From Micavibrio sp. TMED2 (GTDB lineage: Bacteria > Pseudomonadota > Alphaproteobacteria > TMED2), in the NCBI GenBank assembly GCA_002168225.1, contig NHBH01000001.1, forward strand, positions 93,955-157,954: a stretch of 64,000 bases of DNA, given 5' to 3'. This document shows, in pieces, positions 1-9,349 of the stretch (position 1 is its first letter; the number at the start of each line of letters is the position of its first letter). The position numbers and the translations under genes are program-made. The notes below the pieces were generated by a model, which saw nothing but the letters and a program-made list of their open reading frames with translations, ran no database searches and was not told the DNA's origin.

Positions 1-1
1 C

Positions 2-769
2 GAGGACGCGCTGCATGAATTTGTCCGCTCCTACACCCGGCTGGTGGTCGCAACCGCTTCCAAGTTCCGCAATTACGGTCTGCCCCTCGGCGATCTGATC
101 CAGGAAGGCAATGTCGGGCTGATGCAAGCGGCGGAACGGTTCGAGCCTGACCGCGAGGTCCGGTTCTCCACCTATGCAACATGGTGGATCCGCTCGGCCA
201 TGCAGGATTATGTCCTGCGCAACTGGTCGATTGTCCGCACCGGTACCACCGCCGCCCAGAAATCACTGTTCTTCAACCTGCGTCGCCTGCGCTCGAAGAT
301 CGAGAAGGCCATGGCGACCGACGGGCTGACCGATGCCGGGCGCGAGATGGTCGCCGATGAGCTCGGCGTCTCACTGAAAGATGTGCAGGATATGGAACAG
401 CGCCTGTCCGGCAATGACCAGTCACTGAACGCGCCGGTCGGTGAGAGCGGTGACGATCAGTGGCAGGATTTCCTGTCCGATGACCGGTCCAGCCCGGAAA
501 CCGTGGTGATCGGCCTGCGCGATGCCGAGACCCGCTCCCGCTGGCTGGCCAAGGCATTGAGCGACCTCTCGGAGCGCGAGCGGCGGATCATCCGCAAGCG
601 CCGCCTCGTCGATAATGGCGCGACGCTGGAACAGCTCGGCACCGAGCTGGGGGTCAGCAAGGAACGTGTGCGTCAGCTCGAACATCGTGCCATGCTGAAA
701 ATCCGCGCCTCCATCGAACAGCATGTGAACCGGCATACCGACCTGCTGCTGGAAAACGGTGCCAGCTAG
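2..769 (+). CDS. rpoH2: RNA polymerase sigma-32 family factor (RpoH2-like), 5' end outside window
   Basis: Frame is open from base 2 (EDALHEFVRSYTRLVV...). Region 2 motifs DLIQEGNVGLMQA and RFSTYATWWIR, RpoH box TTAAQKSLFFNLRR, region 4 HTH TLEQLGTELGVSKERVRQLE. Confidence 0.88.
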   Translation, partial: EDALHEFVRSYTRLVVATASKFRNYGLPLGDLIQEGNVGLMQAAERFEPDREVRFSTYATWWIRSAMQDYVLRNWSIVRTGTTAAQKSLFFNLRRLRSKIEKAMATDGLTDAGREMVADELGVSLKDVQDMEQRLSGNDQSLNAPVGESGDDQWQDFLSDDRSSPETVVIGLRDAETRSRWLAKALSDLSERERRIIRKRRLVDNGATLEQLGTELGVSKERVRQLEHRAMLKIRASIEQHVNRHTDLLLENGAS

Positions 770-1638
770 CCGATCACCTCGATCTGCTCCGGATGGGTCA
801 CATCGATGGCCGGACCGTTGTGGTAATAGACCCAGCCGCGCACCCGCACCTGACGGTTGACCAGCGTTTCCCAATCCGGCCATTCATCCCTGAAACGGCG
901 CTGGTCGTCGGCCTTGATGGCAACGGTGAAATCGGTTTTCCAATCCGGCCCGAAATTGAGGTAGCGCCAGCCCCGCGCATCACCCGTGGCCTGCACCTGC
1001 CCCTCGATCAGATGGAAAAACGAATAGGGTTTGATGGATTTGTCCGTTGCCTGACGGATGGCATAGAGGTTGAGCGCCCATAACCCGCGACGCGCTGCCC
1101 GCGCGGCAATCTCCAGCTCCTGCAAACGACGGACAAACAGCCGGTTGTCGGGAAAGCTGTACACCCGGGCATGGCCATTGGCGATCATCCAGCCCTGTAC
1201 CCAGTTGCCATCGTCGCGCACCAGATGCGCCAGCCCGCGCCCGTGCCGGTCCATCAGATTACCCGCATGGCCATAGCGCACATTGCGATTGATCAGGTCA
1301 AAGAGCAGCGCCTCGCGTGACTGATTGCCATAGGGCCAGTCCGCCACCTCCCTGCGCCCGAGGCTGAGCTTCGGCGCCTGAATGCCGACGAGGCGAACTT
1401 CCTGTCCGGTGCTCAACCGGACCGTATCGCCGTCGATGACCTTGATCACCTCGGCCTCACCGACGATCTGCAGGTCTTCCGGCGGCTCGACCATGCCGAC
1501 CGCAGCTTCCTGATTACCCGACATGTCCTGAGCCCTCGCGATACCTGAGCCTGTAATACCCGGCCCTGCCATAACCCCGGCTGCCAGTGCCGCGCTCATG
1601 AAACTGCGGCGGTTATGCCATGGATGGGATGATGTCAT
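766..1638 (-). CDS. Thermonuclease (SNase-like) family protein with twin-arginine signal
   Basis: VIDGDTVRL...VRLVGIQAP, DRHGRGLA and GHARVY SNase motifs; N-terminal RRSFMSAALAAG Tat-like signal. Confidence 0.85.
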   Translation of the reverse strand: MTSSHPWHNRRSFMSAALAAGVMAGPGITGSGIARAQDMSGNQEAAVGMVEPPEDLQIVGEAEVIKVIDGDTVRLSTGQEVRLVGIQAPKLSLGRREVADWPYGNQSREALLFDLINRNVRYGHAGNLMDRHGRGLAHLVRDDGNWVQGWMIANGHARVYSFPDNRLFVRRLQELEIAARAARRGLWALNLYAIRQATDKSIKPYSFFHLIEGQVQATGDARGWRYLNFGPDWKTDFTVAIKADDQRRFRDEWPDWETLVNRQVRVRGWVYYHNGPAIDVTHPEQIEVIG

Positions 1639-1744
1639 GCGCGTTAAATTCCCGGTCGGGTGAAAGCCTTTGGCCTTGTATGTGCAATCCGGCCTAGCCT
1701 AGAATCAACAGTCATTTACAGAATTCAAGAGTACAGCCACACCC

Positions 1745-2755
1745 GTGCCCCGCGACCGGATAAAACCCGATTTGTTTCCGCCGATTGAACCCTATGAAAC
1801 CGGGTTCCTTGATGTTGGCCGTGATCTCTATACCGAAACCGCCGGTGATGGCCAGAAAACACCCGATGTCACCCGGCACCGGATTTACTGGGAACAGTCC
1901 GGCAATCCCGACGGCGTGCCGGTGGTATTCCTGCATGGCGGGCCGGGGGCCGGTGCCTCACCCAATCACCGCCGGTTCTTTGATCCCGAACATTACCGCA
2001 TCATCATCTTTGACCAGCGCGGCTCCGGCCGATCGCGCCCGCTCGGCGAGCTGCTCGACAACACGCCCGCCGATCTGGTCGCCGATATCGAAGCTCTGCG
2101 CAAACGCCTGCATATCGACCGCTGGCATGTATTCGGTGGATCATGGGGATCGACGCTGGCCCTTGCCTATGCCCAGGCCCATGCGGATCAGGTGATCAGT
2201 CTGGTCCTGCGCGGTATCTTCCTGATGACCCGCGGGGAAATTGACTGGTTCCTCAACGGCATGCGCGCAATTTTCCCCGAGCACTGGCAGGAATTCACCG
2301 GATTTCTGCCGGTCGATGAGCGGGCGGATATTCTCGGGTCCTATTACCGCCGCCTGACCGATAGCGACCGGCGCATCTGGCTGCCCGCCGCCCGCGCATG
2401 GAGCAAATATGAGAGCGTGTGTTCGACCCTGCTGCCAGCCGATGATGCAGCCCTCAGCCTGATTGATGAGGCCCATGCCCTCGGCCTTGCCCGGATCGAG
2501 GCGCATTATTTCCTGCACAACCTGTTCGAGCCGGAAGATGCCCTGCTCAAAGGAGTCGACAGAATCCGGCATATCCCGAGCCATATCATTCAGGGCCGCT
2601 ATGATGTGATCTGCCCGCCTGTCACGGCCCATGCGTTGCATGAGGCATGGCCGGAAGCCCTGTTCACCATCGTGCCCGATGCCGGCCACTCGGCCATGGA
2701 GCCGGGGATACGCGCGTCACTTGTCGCCGCAACCGAAATGTTCAAATCATTATAA
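1745..2755 (+). CDS. pip: Proline iminopeptidase
   Basis: HGGPG, FDQRGSG, nucleophile GGSWG, GRYDVICP, catalytic His in DAGHS. Confidence 0.93.
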   Translation: MPRDRIKPDLFPPIEPYETGFLDVGRDLYTETAGDGQKTPDVTRHRIYWEQSGNPDGVPVVFLHGGPGAGASPNHRRFFDPEHYRIIIFDQRGSGRSRPLGELLDNTPADLVADIEALRKRLHIDRWHVFGGSWGSTLALAYAQAHADQVISLVLRGIFLMTRGEIDWFLNGMRAIFPEHWQEFTGFLPVDERADILGSYYRRLTDSDRRIWLPAARAWSKYESVCSTLLPADDAALSLIDEAHALGLARIEAHYFLHNLFEPEDALLKGVDRIRHIPSHIIQGRYDVICPPVTAHALHEAWPEALFTIVPDAGHSAMEPGIRASLVAATEMFKSL

Positions 2756-2908
2756 GAAAATCGCTCTCAGGGCGGTTGATGCTTCACATTAGCGGTTTGT
2801 CACTGTATGAGCTTGCACTGAAATAACGTTCTGCAACAGCAGGATACGACGGCAACAACATCTCAGGCGATGGCATCCATCACCTGACCAGACTACCGGC
2901 TCGGCATC

Positions 2909-3574
2909 ATGACACAGATTTTTCGCAACATTTTCAATGGTCTGGGTGCCCGCCCCCTGACGACCGCCCTCGGCATCATCATGATGATTGCTGCCGTTCA
3001 ACCCGTCGCCCACGCAGAAGATGACCTGATCGGCATCGAGCTGGAACCGGTACAGATTGCCGACAGCAGCGGTTTCGAAACCGTCCGCTCCACCAGCGGC
3101 GTTGATCAACTCGCCTTCGGTATCGCCTATGGCAATTCCCCGGTTCTGGCGGAAGCAGATGGTGAGGAAACCGTCCTGTTCAACATCGAATACCGTCCGG
3201 GCCACCGCTATCTGAGCTATACCGACAATGACGGCTTCGACTTCGGTGTCGCACCCTTTGTCGGCGGTTATGTCGGTGCCGACAGCAGCGCCTATGGCTA
3301 TGTCGGTTTCGGTCTTGAGTTTGTGATCGACGATCATTTCATCATCATGCCGAACACCGCGGTCGGTCTCTATACCGATGGCGGCGACGGGCGTGATCTC
3401 GGCCATGCAATCGAATTCCGCTCCGGTATCGAGCTGGCCTATCGCTTCGACAACAAGGTTCAGGCCGGTCTCGCCCTGCACCACATGTCGAATGCCAGCA
3501 TCGGTGATCGCAATCCCGGCACCGAACATGTTACGTTCTATCTGAACATCCCGCTCGACGGATCAATCTTCTAA
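2909..3574 (+). CDS. Lipid A deacylase / acyloxyacyl hydrolase (PagL-like outer membrane beta-barrel)
   Basis: Signal peptide; DLGHAIEFRSGIELAYRF and HHMSNASIGDRNPG (H-x-S-N catalytic motif). Confidence 0.82.
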   Translation: MTQIFRNIFNGLGARPLTTALGIIMMIAAVQPVAHAEDDLIGIELEPVQIADSSGFETVRSTSGVDQLAFGIAYGNSPVLAEADGEETVLFNIEYRPGHRYLSYTDNDGFDFGVAPFVGGYVGADSSAYGYVGFGLEFVIDDHFIIMPNTAVGLYTDGGDGRDLGHAIEFRSGIELAYRFDNKVQAGLALHHMSNASIGDRNPGTEHVTFYLNIPLDGSIF

Positions 3575-3609
3575 GCTGAAGCCACCACAAGAGTGGCAGC
3601 GGATCAATT

Positions 3610-4824
3610 ATGACAGCCTTCAAAACCCTTGATGACCTGCTGGCCTATACTCATGGCCTCGCCGGCAAGACCGTACTCGTGCGCGGTGACCTGAACGTCC
3701 CGATGAAGGATGGCGCGGTCACCGATGCCACCCGCCTGACCCGCCTAGCACCGACCCTGAGCGAACTGGCCAGTGCCGGTGCCAAGGTCGTGGTCATGTC
3801 GCATTTCGGTCGCCCCAAGGGCAAGGTTGATCCCGAGCAGAGCCTGCGCCCGGTTGCCGAAGCCCTCGGCAAGACCATGAACCGTCCGGTCGGCTTTGCC
3901 ACTGATTGCATTGGCAGCGCTGCCGAACAGGCAATTGCCGACATGGCGGCTGGCGACATCATCGTGCTGGAGAACCTGCGTTTCCATGCGGGCGAGACCG
4001 ACAATGATGATGGCTTTGCCAACCAACTGGCCGCCCTCGGCGACATCTATGTCAATGACGCCTTCTCCGCCGCCCACCGCGCCCATGCCTCAACCACCGC
4101 CCTTGCCCAGCGCCTGCCAGCCTATGCCGGTCGCCTGATGGCTGCCGAGCTGATCGCGCTCGCCAAAGCATTGGAAGAGCCGAAACGTCCGGTGCTGGCG
4201 CTGGTTGGCGGGGCCAAGGTTTCGACCAAGCTCGACCTGCTCGCCAATCTGGTGACCAAGGTGGATATTCTCGTACTCGGCGGCGGTATGGCCAATACCT
4301 TCGTGGCCGCCCGTGGCGGCAGCGTCGGCGCCTCGCTGTATGAGCCGGACAAGCTGGATGCCGCCCGTGAGGTGGAAAAGGCTGCAGAGGCCAGCGGCTG
4401 CCGCATCCTGCTGCCGAGCGATGGCATCATGTCAGCCGAGTTCGCCGCCAACCCGGAAACCACAACCGGTCCGAGCGACAATATCGGCGACGGTCTGATG
4501 ATGCTCGATATTGGCCCGGACAGCATTGCCGAGATCAGCGAGGCCATCAAAGGCTGCAAAACCGTGGTCTGGAACGGTCCGATGGGCGCGTTCGAGATGG
4601 AACCGTTCGATCAGGGCACCATCGGGGTCGGCAAGACCGTCGCCGCCCTGACCAAGGATGGCAGCATCCTCAGCGTTGCCGGTGGCGGCGATACGGTTGC
4701 CGCCCTCGCCCATGCCGGGATCGAGGACGACATTTCCTATGTCTCGGCTGCAGGTGGTGCGTTCCTCGAATGGCTCGAGGGCAAGGAACTGCCTGGCGTC
4801 AAGGCGCTGCAGGACGCGGCCTGA
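3610..4824 (+). CDS. pgk: Phosphoglycerate kinase
   Basis: VRGDLNVP, SHFGRPKG, LENLRFH, GGAKVSTK, WNGPMGAFE, GGGDT. Confidence 0.98.
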   Translation: MTAFKTLDDLLAYTHGLAGKTVLVRGDLNVPMKDGAVTDATRLTRLAPTLSELASAGAKVVVMSHFGRPKGKVDPEQSLRPVAEALGKTMNRPVGFATDCIGSAAEQAIADMAAGDIIVLENLRFHAGETDNDDGFANQLAALGDIYVNDAFSAAHRAHASTTALAQRLPAYAGRLMAAELIALAKALEEPKRPVLALVGGAKVSTKLDLLANLVTKVDILVLGGGMANTFVAARGGSVGASLYEPDKLDAAREVEKAAEASGCRILLPSDGIMSAEFAANPETTTGPSDNIGDGLMMLDIGPDSIAEISEAIKGCKTVVWNGPMGAFEMEPFDQGTIGVGKTVAALTKDGSILSVAGGGDTVAALAHAGIEDDISYVSAAGGAFLEWLEGKELPGVKALQDAA

Positions 4825-4851
4825 ACCGGCCTGCCACGGCAATTACAATAA

Positions 4852-5982
4852 TCAGTGATGCCCGCGGGCGGCTTCCGCCACCGGATTTGATCCACCCATG
4901 AGGAAGCTTGGGTCCTGCTGCCAGTTGGCCAGGATATGCTTTGCCGTTTCCGGTTTCAGCATCTCATAGAACTCAAGCGCATTGGCCAGTTCCTTGGGAT
5001 TGCTGAGATTCTCCCCGGACCGTGAAGAACGGGTCAGCATCAGGATGGTGGAGAAGGATTCCCGATCGAGCGAAGTTGCCTTGCTGGCAATCGCCATGTT
5101 GCGGGCACTCTCATGGTTGATCAGTGCCGTCACCGCATCATGATTGAGCCCGGTCAGCTGCATGAACAGCGCGGTAAAGGCGGTCAGATTGTAGTTGCGC
5201 AGGGTCATGATCAGCATGCCCGGCGACAGTTTGCCAGTTTCCGACAACCGCTTGGCGAGATCGTCGAGATCAACGGTATTGGCCCCGTTCCGACGCTTGG
5301 AAATCTCGGTAAAGGTCTGCTCAAGTGCCCGGTCGAGCACCTCATCCGGTATCTCGAACCGGCGATGGATATGGTTGCGCAGCTCGCTCGACACCCACCA
5401 GTAGAGATCAAGCGCGAGGTCCGGCGGCACTTCCTGCCGCTGCAGCAGCGGGCGCTGTACAATCGGTTGATCCTTGGCCAGATCAGCAGCCTTGGTCAGC
5501 AGCTTCTCCGGAATCTGTATCTGCGGGTTGTACAGCAGGCTCGCCACCGCATCGGCATCACCGGTATCGACAATGGCGGAGGCAATGGCAGTGGTCAGAT
5601 CGGGCCGCCGGGCAATGATCTTGCGGTGGTCGGTCGAGCGATGCTCGATCACATAGATCAGGTCCTGATCGGTCAGGCGTTTGCTTAGAGACAGGATCGG
5701 ACGCGCCACATCGATCTTGTCATGGGCCAGCGCCACAACCAGACGATGGGGGGCGACGGAATTGGCGGCAATGCGACCGGCCAGTGACTGACGTTCAGGC
5801 AAATCCACCTGATCCAGCAGCGAGACCAGAATATCGGCGATCAGCTCACGCTCAGCATCATTGAGCGTCTTATCCAGCAAGTCGGAACAGCTTTTCAGGA
5901 GTTTCAGACGGCCCTCGACCGTCCGGTCACGCGCCATCTCGTGCAGCAACTGAAACTCGCGAAGAACTTGCATGTAACTCAA
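4852..5982 (-). CDS. DUF2336 domain protein
   Basis: LAHDKIDVARPILSLSKRLTDQDL...HRKIIARR pattern typical of alphaproteobacterial DUF2336. Confidence 0.75.
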   Translation of the reverse strand: MSYMQVLREFQLLHEMARDRTVEGRLKLLKSCSDLLDKTLNDAERELIADILVSLLDQVDLPERQSLAGRIAANSVAPHRLVVALAHDKIDVARPILSLSKRLTDQDLIYVIEHRSTDHRKIIARRPDLTTAIASAIVDTGDADAVASLLYNPQIQIPEKLLTKAADLAKDQPIVQRPLLQRQEVPPDLALDLYWWVSSELRNHIHRRFEIPDEVLDRALEQTFTEISKRRNGANTVDLDDLAKRLSETGKLSPGMLIMTLRNYNLTAFTALFMQLTGLNHDAVTALINHESARNMAIASKATSLDRESFSTILMLTRSSRSGENLSNPKELANALEFYEMLKPETAKHILANWQQDPSFLMGGSNPVAEAARGHH

Positions 5983-6186
5983 CCCGTAGAGGCAGGCAGG
6001 GCCAGCCTAGCATAATGCAATATGATGATCGCCGAATAACGACCCGGCACATCCTAACCAAAAAAGGCAGGGATACCTACTCCGAGATTGGTTGCAGATA
6101 CAAGTATTCAGAATATATCAGTTAAAAATCTAGGATTCCCCACCTCAGGCACTATGTTGGTGCCAATGCCCAAAAAAATCAATGAG

Positions 6187-7452
6187 ATGGCACGACATAT
6201 GGCAAAAGACCGCATATTCCCGCACGCAATCATCATGGCTGCCATTATTTGCCTGATACTGCCATCTGCAGCACTGGCGCAATCCGCCCGTGAGGCGCAA
6301 AGACCGGGCAGCGTCCATCGGATAACGCCCAATGATCTGCCCGCCCCCTATGCCAGCCCGAGTGTCAGCAATTCACCGCTGAAAATCGACCGGCCCCTGC
6401 GCGCGACGCTGGCGGTGCCGGAGGGGTTTGAGGCGATCAGTTTCGCCACTGGCCTGAACAACCCGCGGTATCTGGCGGTCGGGGAGAGCGGCGATGTCTA
6501 TGTTGCCGAAAGCCGCGCCGGGCGGGTCATCGTCCTGCGGGATAGCGACGGTGATGGCCGGGCCGACCGGAAGGCCGAAATCGCCACCGGGCTGCACCGC
6601 CCCCATGGGCTGACCTTCCATGACGGCGACCTCTATATCGCCGATATGCGCAATGTCTGGCGTCTGCCGATGATTGACGGGTCACCCCGCATCAGTCGAC
6701 CAGTAGCGATAACCGAGCGCGGTGCCCTTGGCCCGGAAAATGGCCACTGGACCAGGAATGTGGTTTTTGCCCCGGATGGCGAGCATTTCTATGTCTCCAT
6801 CGGCTCGGCAGGCAATATCGGTGAGGAACCGGTGCCCCGCGCCACGATCCAGCAGTTCAATGCTGATGGCAGCGGCCAGCAGACCTTCGCCAGCGGCCTG
6901 CGCAATCCGGTCGGCATTGCCTTCTATCCGGGCAGTGACCGGTTGTTTACCGTGGTCAATGAACGCGATGGCCTCGGCGACGGGCTGGTGCCCGACTACC
7001 TGACCGGGGTGGCGCAGGATGACTTCTACGGCTGGCCCTATGCCTATAGCGGATCGAATCCGCAACCCGGCTTTGCTGAGAAACGGCCTGATCTGGTCGC
7101 CGCCAGCAAAATTCCCGACCTGATGTTCGAGGCCCATTCGGCACCGATCGGCCTTACCTTCTACACTGGCGACCAGTTTCCTGACCGCTATCAGGGCGGG
7201 GCCTTTGTGACCCTACGCGGGTCATGGAACAAGGCAACGCCGACCGGTTACAAGGTGGTGTTTGTGCCGTTCTCCGGCGGGCAGCCGACCGGCAGCTATG
7301 AAACCTTCGCCAGCGGCTGGTGGCAGTCGGGCGACCAGCGCGCACGGGTCTGGGGCCGCCCAACCGGCATTGCCGTAGCCACTGACGGCAGCCTGCTGGT
7401 TTCCGATGATACCGGCGGGGAAATCTGGCAGATCCGCTATACTGGAGAATAA
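6187..7452 (+). CDS. PQQ-dependent sugar/sorbosone dehydrogenase family beta-propeller
   Basis: Signal peptide; GLRNPVG, NERDGLGD, DFYGWPY, HSAPIG, GSWN. Start uncertain (6088-6199). Confidence 0.85.
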   Translation: MARHMAKDRIFPHAIIMAAIICLILPSAALAQSAREAQRPGSVHRITPNDLPAPYASPSVSNSPLKIDRPLRATLAVPEGFEAISFATGLNNPRYLAVGESGDVYVAESRAGRVIVLRDSDGDGRADRKAEIATGLHRPHGLTFHDGDLYIADMRNVWRLPMIDGSPRISRPVAITERGALGPENGHWTRNVVFAPDGEHFYVSIGSAGNIGEEPVPRATIQQFNADGSGQQTFASGLRNPVGIAFYPGSDRLFTVVNERDGLGDGLVPDYLTGVAQDDFYGWPYAYSGSNPQPGFAEKRPDLVAASKIPDLMFEAHSAPIGLTFYTGDQFPDRYQGGAFVTLRGSWNKATPTGYKVVFVPFSGGQPTGSYETFASGWWQSGDQRARVWGRPTGIAVATDGSLLVSDDTGGEIWQIRYTGE

Positions 7453-7492
7453 TACTGACAAATCATGGGAATCTGGCCCCGAACGCGTTATA

Positions 7493-7508
7493 TTAAGGGT
7501 TAGATAAC
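7493..7508 (+). promoter_or_regulatory. Candidate CtrA box (TTAA-N7-ATAAC)
   Basis: One mismatch to TTAA-N7-TTAAC, in an AT-rich intergenic region 41 bp upstream of ORF 7550. Confidence 0.3.
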
Positions 7509-7549
7509 GACAGAAAAGTCACTGAAAAACCATCGGGATCAAAACGGTC

Positions 7550-7876
7550 ATGGTTGTACAACCATCGCAAAATCAGGTCGCAGCTACCGGACAGGGCGTA
7601 ACACCCAGCGGTCCGAACAGCGGTCGTACCGGTGATGTGCGTGGTGAGGCCTCAAACTTTACCGGCCCTGCTGCACCCGTCAAACGGCTGCTCGATATTG
7701 CCGTCGGCGAGGTCAAGAATGACGATCGCCCTAATGCCCGCGCCAAACGGGACCAGAGCGAGACCCAGTTCCGCCCTGAGCGGCTATACAATGATTCAGA
7801 TGAATCAGTCATTCAGGCACTGCTCGCCGAAAACCGGGTTGTTCCGCGCGGCACCTTCGTCAATGTGGTGATCTGA
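7550..7876 (+). CDS. Hypothetical protein (disordered N-terminus, C-terminal RGTFVNVVI)
   Basis: Fills the gap between two genes with host-like codon usage. Confidence 0.65.
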   Translation: MVVQPSQNQVAATGQGVTPSGPNSGRTGDVRGEASNFTGPAAPVKRLLDIAVGEVKNDDRPNARAKRDQSETQFRPERLYNDSDESVIQALLAENRVVPRGTFVNVVI

Positions 7877-7961
7877 TACCCGAAATACCCGAGTGGATGA
7901 CTGTACGCCACGGCTCACGGCTATTGGTCATGGACCTGTTCTGGTCTATTGATGGATCATC

Positions 7962-8519
7962 ATGACCGACACACCCGATACCCGACCAGCAACAGGTAAA
8001 GCTGCGCAAGGCCCCGTCAACCGCCGGGTGCCCGATGGCGACGAGCTTGAGCGTCTGGTCTGTGACGATTGCGGCTTCATCTATTACGAAAACCCCAAGA
8101 TCGTGGTCGGATCCGTCACCACCTGGCAGGATAAAATCCTGTTGTGCAAACGCGCGATTGCACCGCGGATCGGTTACTGGACCCTGCCCGCTGGCTATAT
8201 GGAGCTGGGCGAAACACCGGATGCCGGTGCGGCGCGTGAGGCATGGGAGGAAGCCCGCGCCAGAATTGAAACGCAAGACCTGCTGGCGATCTACAGCATC
8301 GCCCATGTCAGTCAGGTACAGCTGATCTATCGCGCCACACTGACCGATCCGGACATTGCCCCCGGCCCGGAAAGTCAGGAGGTCAGGCTGTTCGACTGGG
8401 ATGACATACCGTGGGAAGACCTTGCCTTCCCAACGGTCTCATGGGCCCTGCAGCATTATCAGGATGCCATCGGCAAGGACATTATTGCCCCGGCCACCAA
8501 TATGCAGCACGGGCTGTAA
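7962..8519 (+). CDS. NUDIX hydrolase with N-terminal zinc-ribbon-like segment
   Basis: Nudix box [21 protein letters not shown]; CDDCG...YENPKIV. Confidence 0.92.
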   Translation: MTDTPDTRPATGKAAQGPVNRRVPDGDELERLVCDDCGFIYYENPKIVVGSVTTWQDKILLCKRAIAPRIGYWTLPAGYMELGETPDAGAAREAWEEARARIETQDLLAIYSIAHVSQVQLIYRATLTDPDIAPGPESQEVRLFDWDDIPWEDLAFPTVSWALQHYQDAIGKDIIAPATNMQHGL

Positions 8520-8520
8520 C

Positions 8521-9120
8521 TCATCTCCGCGAGCGGGCAAGATCGCCCTGGCGTACCAGCTGTTTGGCATCAACCATGCCGAAACGCGGATTGATGATCC
8601 GCAACTCGGCCAGTATCTCCTCGGTCCGGCTGCTGCCGATACGTGAGGCAAGCTCCAACTCTTCCGGCTGCACCAGCCCCCAGAACACGCCCTCAAGCCA
8701 GCCGATCAGACTGACCAGATCGCCCTTGCAAACCCAATCATGGAGATACCAGAGGCGGCTCGCCGTCACCGATACCTGCAGCAACTGCAGATAGGGTACG
8801 GCATCCACATCCTCGAAACCGGTAACCAGTGACAGGTTGGTGACGAGGTCCGTCGCAATCCCCGCCGCCTGTTCATCACCGGCGACCAGCTTGTGCAAGG
8901 CACGGGTCAGTTCGTCATTATGGGTTATATCCTCACCCATCTGGGTGGCGGCCATGAAATCGAGCGGATTATGCAGGCTCTGCCGCATCACGCTCGACCA
9001 GACCCGTGCCGCGTCGAGCCGTTCCGTTCCGGATCGGAGAGCGGCACCCGATGGCCCAACCGCAGCGACACGTTGCAGGCGTCGATGGGCGGCCAGATCA
9101 ATGATCAATGCACTTCCCAT
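8521..9120 (-). CDS. Hypothetical protein, possibly of a phage-derived family
   Basis: Only long ORF in the gap, divergent from ftsK; no catalytic motif recognised. Confidence 0.6.
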   Translation of the reverse strand: MGSALIIDLAAHRRLQRVAAVGPSGAALRSGTERLDAARVWSSVMRQSLHNPLDFMAATQMGEDITHNDELTRALHKLVAGDEQAAGIATDLVTNLSLVTGFEDVDAVPYLQLLQVSVTASRLWYLHDWVCKGDLVSLIGWLEGVFWGLVQPEELELASRIGSSRTEEILAELRIINPRFGMVDAKQLVRQGDLARSRR

Positions 9121-9349
9121 GACTGAAATCGTACCACCAGTTGCGCCATGTTTCAGGCGAAAATATTAGTTTTTGCTATTGCATTTTCAGTAACCGCAAA
9201 AATTCAAATAATTGGCCAATAGGCATCATCGCGGGACCGGTTTTACCGCTGATACGAAATCTGCGCGCATGGGCTTGCCAAATCGGCCTATACTGTGGCC
9301 TCGCAAAAAGAGATTATCCGGTCGTTCTGTCGAGAGTGATATTGACGCC

